Shown piece by piece: positions 58,112-64,000 of a stretch of DNA of 64,000 nucleotides (positions within the stretch are counted from its first letter, which is position 1; each line of letters starts with the position of its first letter). The stretch spans positions 1,312,001-1,376,000 of the forward strand of contig CBDBBI010000010.1 in assembly GCA_965202625.1 (NCBI GenBank), read 5' to 3'. Source of the stretch: a bacterium. GTDB lineage: Bacteria > UBA8248. The notes under the pieces were generated by a model, which was not told the DNA's origin, did no database searches, and saw only the letters and a list, made by a program, of their open reading frames with translations. The translations under genes and the position numbers were made by a program.

Positions 58112-59257
58112 ATGAACAAAACGCTGTTCTTGCTGGATCTCGAGGATAGATATTTCCTGAGCCACAGGCGCGCGCTCGGGCTGGCGGCCAGAGCGGCGGG
58201 ATATCGCGTCGTCGTGTGCGCGAGAATTGGCGGAAAATACCTAGAGCGCATTCGCGCGGATGGTTTCGAGTCCTTCGCCTTGAGCGAAAACAAAAAGGGG
58301 ATTCACCCTCTGCACGAGTTGCGCGCCCTCATAAAACTTGTTCGCGCCTATCGGGCGTATCACCCTCACATCGCCCACCACATCGGCCTGAGAAACCTGC
58401 TGCACGGCTCCATCGCCGCCTGGTTCGCCAAAACGCCGGCCATCGTGAATTCGGTCGTCGGTCTGGGCGCGCTGTTCACCTCGGGCTCAATGAAGCTGAT
58501 TCTGTTGAGAAAAATCTTGTTGTTCGCACTCAAGCGTTTTCTCACGAGAAAAAACACGTGGGTGATCGTCCAGAACGACGACGACAAAAGGGTGATTCTG
58601 AAAAACCTGCTTTCCGAGGCATCCCGATTGACAATCATTCGAGGCTCCGGCGTTGACGTCCACTCGTTTCGCCCGGTCCCCGAGTCTCCTGGCATGCCCA
58701 TGGCGGTTCTCGTTTCTCGAATGCTTGCGCACAAGGGGGTCCGTGAATTCGTGGAGGCGGCGCGCTTGTTGAGAGAGGAGAACGTGGAGGTTCGCATGGT
58801 GTTGGTCGGGGCGCCAGACCCCAAAAATCCCTCCTCCATTCCGGAAAGCGCGCTTTCCCACTGGAATGAGAGGGGCGAGGTCGAGTGGTGGGGCTACAGG
58901 GAGGATATTCGCGAGGTGTGGCGAGGCGCGCACATCGCCATTTTGCCATCGTATGGAGGGGAGGGGCTCCCGAAAAGTTTGCTGGAAGCGGCGGCGTTCG
59001 GACGCCCCCTGGTGGCCACCGACGTTCCGGGCTGCCGGGATTTCGTGAGGGAGGGGGTGAATGGATTTCTCATCCCGACGAGGGATTCCAGAAAACTGGC
59101 CCAAGCGATCAAAAAACTGGCCCAGGCTCCCGATCTCAGGCGGAGAATGGGCGAGGCGGGGCGAAAGATGGTAGAGGAGAAATTCTCCGACGAAATCGTC
59201 TCACAAAGCATCTTGGAATTGTATGCGCGGTGCCGGAACGAAACGGGAAAGAAATAA
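58112..59257 (+). CDS. Glycosyltransferase family 4 (CapM-like)
   Basis: YFLSHR; QNDDD; GSGVD; RMLAHKG; EGLPKSLLEA; TDVPGCR. Confidence 0.92.
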   Translation: MNKTLFLLDLEDRYFLSHRRALGLAARAAGYRVVVCARIGGKYLERIRADGFESFALSENKKGIHPLHELRALIKLVRAYRAYHPHIAHHIGLRNLLHGSIAAWFAKTPAIVNSVVGLGALFTSGSMKLILLRKILLFALKRFLTRKNTWVIVQNDDDKRVILKNLLSEASRLTIIRGSGVDVHSFRPVPESPGMPMAVLVSRMLAHKGVREFVEAARLLREENVEVRMVLVGAPDPKNPSSIPESALSHWNERGEVEWWGYREDIREVWRGAHIAILPSYGGEGLPKSLLEAAAFGRPLVATDVPGCRDFVREGVNGFLIPTRDSRKLAQAIKKLAQAPDLRRRMGEAGRKMVEEKFSDEIVSQSILELYARCRNETGKK

Positions 59258-59289
59258 ACAGAAGGGGTAGGCGGCTGAAACTCCCTGGA

Positions 59290-60684
59290 CTAGGTGCCGT
59301 GGCCCCGTATGCGCAAAAACGTCAGGATCGTGAGAAATATCACCTGCAAGTCCATGTAAAATGAGTAATTCAGAATATAGTACAAATCGTATTCCAGTTT
59401 TGCTTTGCAATCTTCGACCTTATTGACATAGCCCTGCAGAACCTGCGCCCACCCTGTGATGCCTGCGGGAACGATCACCCGGTATTCGTATTCCGGATAA
59501 AGCCTTTTTGCTGTCTTCGTAGCCTCGACATATTCCGTCCTGGGACCGACAAGGCTGATATCTCCCCTGATGACGTTCCAGAGTTGCGGAAACTCATCCA
59601 GATGATACCGGCGAAGCAAGCGCCCCAGAGGGAAAACTCTCGGGTCGCCCTCCTTCGTTACCACCGCGCCCTGTGGCCGCCCCGCCTCCATGCGCATCGT
59701 TCGAAACTTATACGCGGTGAACAATTTTCCATACTGGGTGACCCGGGACTGGGAATAAAAGACCGGGCCCTCGTTCGCAAACTTGATTGCGATAGCGATG
59801 ATGAGGCCGAGGGGGGCGAACAAGACCAAGATCGTGACGCTAGAGACCAAATCAAGCGCGCGTTTGCACAGGTATTGCTTCCGGCTCAGTATCTGCCGCC
59901 CTCTCAAAACGGGGAATTTCTCGCTACTGGAGATGAATTCAAAAAGAATGCGGCCCTCCATAAGAGCGATTATATCCACCAGATCAACACATGACGCGCG
60001 ATGGGCCATACACGCACCGAAAACATGGGCGGCCCCCGGCTTGTTGAGGTAACCCGGATCGGACACCACAAACCGGACGTCGGGCTCGGACGCCAGGAAT
60101 TCTTCAAGTCGCTTGACGTCTTCCTCGTATTCGCCACTCGTCGGAATTTCCGCGACGACCTTCATGTTTCGGTTGTTCTCATCCGACAACTCCCCGGATA
60201 GCCTTTTTTTGACCTCCTCCCCCCCGATGATCACGATTTTGCATTCCAGATTTCCGTTCAAAACGATTTTCTTGAAAACCGCTCGCGTCAAAAGAACGAG
60301 GGAGAAAATAGCGGCATACAGCGAAAGCGAGAACAAAGCACCATATTCGGGCACGAATAAGATGCCGCCCACCCCCTCGCGCAAGATAAAGCTGATCGTT
60401 AAAACCTTGAATATCTGCCAGGAGGACAGGAAGACGTGAACATAATAGCGATAGGCATACAGGCCATACAGATAGAAAAGAAAAAAATGCAGGGCGGGCA
60501 GCAAAACGAGGTCGGGGCCGAAATCCAACAAGCCATCAGCACTCAGACCATTCCATAGAAAGCGCATCAATCGCTCAGAGAGGATAAAGGACAGGAGGTC
60601 GATCATCATAAAAGAACGATCTTGCCGGGATACCGTGGGTTTCGGGTATTTTCTCTTGCGCATGCCGCCGCTTTCGGTGATCAT
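59290..60684 (-). CDS. Polyprenyl-phosphate sugar phosphotransferase (WcaJ/WbaP-like initiating transferase)
   Basis: KRALDL; KFRTM; DEFPQLWNVIRGDISLVGPR; GITGWAQV; DLYYI. Confidence 0.92.
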   Translation of the reverse strand: MITESGGMRKRKYPKPTVSRQDRSFMMIDLLSFILSERLMRFLWNGLSADGLLDFGPDLVLLPALHFFLFYLYGLYAYRYYVHVFLSSWQIFKVLTISFILREGVGGILFVPEYGALFSLSLYAAIFSLVLLTRAVFKKIVLNGNLECKIVIIGGEEVKKRLSGELSDENNRNMKVVAEIPTSGEYEEDVKRLEEFLASEPDVRFVVSDPGYLNKPGAAHVFGACMAHRASCVDLVDIIALMEGRILFEFISSSEKFPVLRGRQILSRKQYLCKRALDLVSSVTILVLFAPLGLIIAIAIKFANEGPVFYSQSRVTQYGKLFTAYKFRTMRMEAGRPQGAVVTKEGDPRVFPLGRLLRRYHLDEFPQLWNVIRGDISLVGPRTEYVEATKTAKRLYPEYEYRVIVPAGITGWAQVLQGYVNKVEDCKAKLEYDLYYILNYSFYMDLQVIFLTILTFLRIRGHGT

Positions 60685-61470
60685 GGAAATTTGCTCTCTC
60701 TATCAGGCCCCGTTTATATTCTATGCTGACGATAAGGAATTTGTATATTCTAGTAGATAAATCCATCCCAGCAAAAACATGAAAAATTATTTCACATCAT
60801 CGCATAACGCCTCATCCTTCCCGCCTCGGGCGCGACTGAAAACCGCCTCTTCTCAATGCCACTCGCATTTTGGGCGTATGGCGCAATAGTGGTCGGTGCG
60901 GCGCGAGGAGCCGTCGCCGCCAACCACGAAGGGTTTATGCGCACGTCGCTCCTGCCCAGAATCTACATTTATCAGATCAGCGGCAAAATGCTCTCCGAAC
61001 GCTCCCTTGGCAGGCCACGAGATCGGCCTTTTCCCGAGATGTTTCAGCAAAAATGAAAAGGAATACGCGAAAAAGGAGAATCTCAAAATTCCGCGCTGGC
61101 GATTGTGGACGAAAGACAAAAATATCCGCATGCCGATTCCGGCCCATTCTTCCTGCTTAAAAAACCTTTGTTGAATCAGGATTTCGGGGGGTGTTATTTT
61201 GGGGGGATTTATAGTGGGAGGTTTTGGGTCTTCGCGCTTGAGAAAAACCGACAAACTCTCGATAGGTTCGGCGGAAGCCTGGGCATGGGCCGGTTGCGTC
61301 GGCATATGCTTTGCAGGCCGGAGCCGAGGAAATATTCCCATTTCCCAAAATTTCCGTTTTATACTGGGATCTCCTGGCGTTTTGCCTGACGGCACAACCG
61401 CGGAGCAGCCGCAAGGTGAACCGAGAACCCAGCCTCAAGAAAGCATAAAGAAAATCAGATGGCGAGATTC

Positions 61471-62928
61471 TCACCCAGAATCTGCCCGGACGGACGCCAT
61501 CGTTATTTCACGATAGATGTAGCGGACAAAATGCAGCAGGATGGCGAACAGCCAGATCGGATAGAACTTCGCCGAAGTGGAAACGGCGATGAACAAGGCG
61601 GGGATGGTGCAGAAAATAACGGCGAAAGGCATGAATAGGGGCAACGAATTCTCATGAGGCCGCAAGAGCATCACCCGAATAAAATATCTCACGGTCAAGA
61701 GGGGTAAAAGCACCCAGATTACGCCTAATATTCCCAAATCCACAATAACGTTCAAGGGAAAGCTGTGCAGCGTACGGAGACGGGTCTCCAGAGGATTCTT
61801 TTGGAACAAATCCATACTCGCCCACCCACTATTTAAGTTGTATTGCGTGATGTCTCCATAAATGTGCGATGAAAAGGTGGATGGCGTATCAGCGGAATAG
61901 CCATAGAAGAATCCCCTCCGGGGTCCGCCCCCCAGGAAAGGCCGTTCAATAAAGATGTCTATCGCGCGCGCGTATTCAAAATTTCTCGATTTCAACCCCC
62001 GGATCAGATTGGGAACGTCAACAAATTCAGGTCTCGCCGCCGTCCCCGCCGTCAGCCCTACAGAAACAAGCAGAACGAAAATCAAGGGCCCCACAAAAAA
62101 GGTATAAAAAGAGGTGATTTTCTTTTTTCTAAAAAGGTGTTTACGGAATCTCAAAAAAAAGATGAAAAGGAGCAGAATGCCCAGAAACAACCCGAGCACC
62201 GGAGAACGTTTCCCCGTTGCGAAAAGCATAAGCATTCCGGAAAGTGACGCGAAAATATAAAAATACCCCCCTCTCCTCAAGAAAAAATAGAAGCCAACGC
62301 CCACCAACAACAGTGCAAGCCTTGCGGGAACAACATGGTGGCTCGTGAACATGCTGATAAACATTCCAGTGCGAGAATCTACGGAATACGTGTTGGGAAT
62401 TCCCAAATAAAAGACCAGAATGCTCTCGACGCCCAAAACCAGGGTGACCCCTAACACGCTTTTCAACGCGCTTTCAAACTCTTCCCAGCCCCACATATTG
62501 CTGTAGATCAAATACCATACGAGCATGCCGTCCACATATGGAACGACATCCCACAGAATCATATACAGGGGCACAGACGTTTTCAATACGTCCCCTGTCA
62601 TATAGGCATAGAGTAATCCGACCCAGAATATCGCCCAAAACCAAAGCACGACGACCCCAAAAGCCAGCGGCGATCTTCTCACCCCAAACCGAATCGCCTC
62701 TATGGCCCATGCGGCGCACAGCAAAACAAAAAGGAGCGCATAAACTTTATACGGACTTACCAAATCGTTTGGAAAATAAGGGACTCTTCTCCAGGGGATG
62801 AGAAAATAAACCGCATGGAGATAGATGACGGTATTCGTGAGCAAGAAGGGAGAAGCTCTCTTTTCACCCAAGACATGGGGAGCGCCTGACTCCCGTTCGT
62901 CAGGCATGGAAGGATGATCCGGCGACAT
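61471..62928 (-). CDS. O-antigen ligase / Wzy polymerase family membrane protein
   Basis: About 11-12 TM; TGKRS; PFLGGG; late HS...DLGILG motif. Confidence 0.75.
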   Translation of the reverse strand: MSPDHPSMPDERESGAPHVLGEKRASPFLLTNTVIYLHAVYFLIPWRRVPYFPNDLVSPYKVYALLFVLLCAAWAIEAIRFGVRRSPLAFGVVVLWFWAIFWVGLLYAYMTGDVLKTSVPLYMILWDVVPYVDGMLVWYLIYSNMWGWEEFESALKSVLGVTLVLGVESILVFYLGIPNTYSVDSRTGMFISMFTSHHVVPARLALLLVGVGFYFFLRRGGYFYIFASLSGMLMLFATGKRSPVLGLFLGILLLFIFFLRFRKHLFRKKKITSFYTFFVGPLIFVLLVSVGLTAGTAARPEFVDVPNLIRGLKSRNFEYARAIDIFIERPFLGGGPRRGFFYGYSADTPSTFSSHIYGDITQYNLNSGWASMDLFQKNPLETRLRTLHSFPLNVIVDLGILGVIWVLLPLLTVRYFIRVMLLRPHENSLPLFMPFAVIFCTIPALFIAVSTSAKFYPIWLFAILLHFVRYIYREITMASVRADSG

Positions 62929-63032
62929 GTATCACTTGTGTAAACGAACTCACGCCATGGTCGCGCGGCAGCTTCACGCGCGGCATTTATACGCTCGCCT
63001 TTGCAAAGAGCCAGATTGCTTCCGCAGGAAAC

Positions 63033-64000
63033 CTATATGCCATCTGGTTCTTTTCCTGGTTCTTTTCTCGCGACAATCGCTTCCCTGAACTCAAGAAATA
63101 AAACCGCGCATACAGCAAGCAACAAACCCGCGAGCAGGCTCAAAGACACCTTGAACTTCAAATTTCTGGGAGTCGGTTTCCGTGGTAAAATCGCACGGCT
63201 CGCGATCTTCAAATTCGTGTTGCCAGACGATACGAACGTCGGCGCCCGGGCGTAGTTCTTGGACGCATCGGCATAGACAGAACGCAATAACTCATATTCA
63301 AACTTTAACTTATTCTGGCGAGCGATGAAATTCTCCTTCTCAGCAACCTTTTGGTCCAGTTGTTGCCTCACATCCCGTAACTTGTCTTGAAACGTTTTCT
63401 TCTCCTCCCTTAAACGCATCACTGACAAAATACCTTTATCCAAAACGGACAATCTCTCAAATAGCGCATTTGTTATATGCACCGTCATACTCGTCAGAAT
63501 CTCCTGCGACTTCGCTTCCGCCTGTTTTGCAAAACGACTCGGGCTTAAACCAATTTTTAGGAACAGATTATTTCTCCGATTCTGCCAAGCCAAGATCCCT
63601 CGTTCTTTCTTGCCAAGTTCAGACTCAATTTCCTTCCTCTGATTCAACATTCGATAGATTTTCATTTGCAGATATCTTACTTCACGCTTCCACAATTTTT
63701 TAGATTGCTCCAACAATTCCGAATCGATTTTTAAGATTCTCTCCCGATACCTGCTCTTTTTCTCCTTTACTCCTTCCAAGCGCAACTTCTCATCCACAAT
63801 CTTGAGTGACGGTGCTTCAAGCAGAGGGATCACCCCGTTCACACCCTCATCTTGTTTCAGGACATTCACTAAAGATTGGCTACTCGGAGAGGATAATATT
63901 TCATTTTGGCTCAACTTATTCGCGTCGTTCATCCCATCGAACCATCGCAATTTTCTTACCGAAACCTGCTCTTCAACATCCAGAATAGGCAAAGCGGCCA
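63033..64000 (-). CDS. Wzz/GumC-like chain-length determinant (5' end lies outside the window)
   Basis: Long coiled coil followed by KIASRAILPRKPTPR and a C-terminal TM. Confidence 0.78.
   Translation of the reverse strand, partial: AALPILDVEEQVSVRKLRWFDGMNDANKLSQNEILSSPSSQSLVNVLKQDEGVNGVIPLLEAPSLKIVDEKLRLEGVKEKKSRYRERILKIDSELLEQSKKLWKREVRYLQMKIYRMLNQRKEIESELGKKERGILAWQNRRNNLFLKIGLSPSRFAKQAEAKSQEILTSMTVHITNALFERLSVLDKGILSVMRLREEKKTFQDKLRDVRQQLDQKVAEKENFIARQNKLKFEYELLRSVYADASKNYARAPTFVSSGNTNLKIASRAILPRKPTPRNLKFKVSLSLLAGLLLAVCAVLFLEFREAIVARKEPGKEPDGI

Noticed and set aside
60853-61395. 180-aa Pro-rich ORF between wzy and the sugar transferase
   Set aside because: No family motifs; the Pro-rich part comes from a low-complexity G/T tract.

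Overview
GC-rich bacterial window, most likely from a Gram-negative organism (TRAP/TAXI and periplasmic binding proteins, an OmpA-type peptidoglycan-binding domain, a Wzy/Wzz locus). Layout: (1) 1-19.9 kb is an almost entirely minus-strand catabolic/transport block downstream of tRNA-Ala(GGC): LLM enzymes, UbiD, cyclase, CoA-transferase, M20 deacylase, two cysteine-synthase-like paralogues, Liv-type ABC and TRAP transporters. It ends in an AhpD/CMD gene that the ORF track splits at an in-frame TGA and that is probably a selenoprotein (CxxU plus a SECIS-like hairpin). (2) 20.8-27.2 kb holds mixed and housekeeping genes (DUF362, TSUP, crotonase, rmuC, chorismate mutase). (3) 27.5-32.9 kb is a tight four-gene membrane operon and the best candidate for an undescribed system: a Zorya-like ZorA/ZorB pair in which the ZorB-like subunit is fused to a predicted periplasmic thermonuclease, preceded by two extra membrane genes and with no ZorC/D/E. 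(4) 33-53 kb has more transport and catabolic genes. (5) 53-64 kb is a surface-polysaccharide region. A ~110-140 bp repeat occurs three times in intergenic DNA, and there are several gene remnants. All family calls come from motif recognition by eye; no database searches were run.
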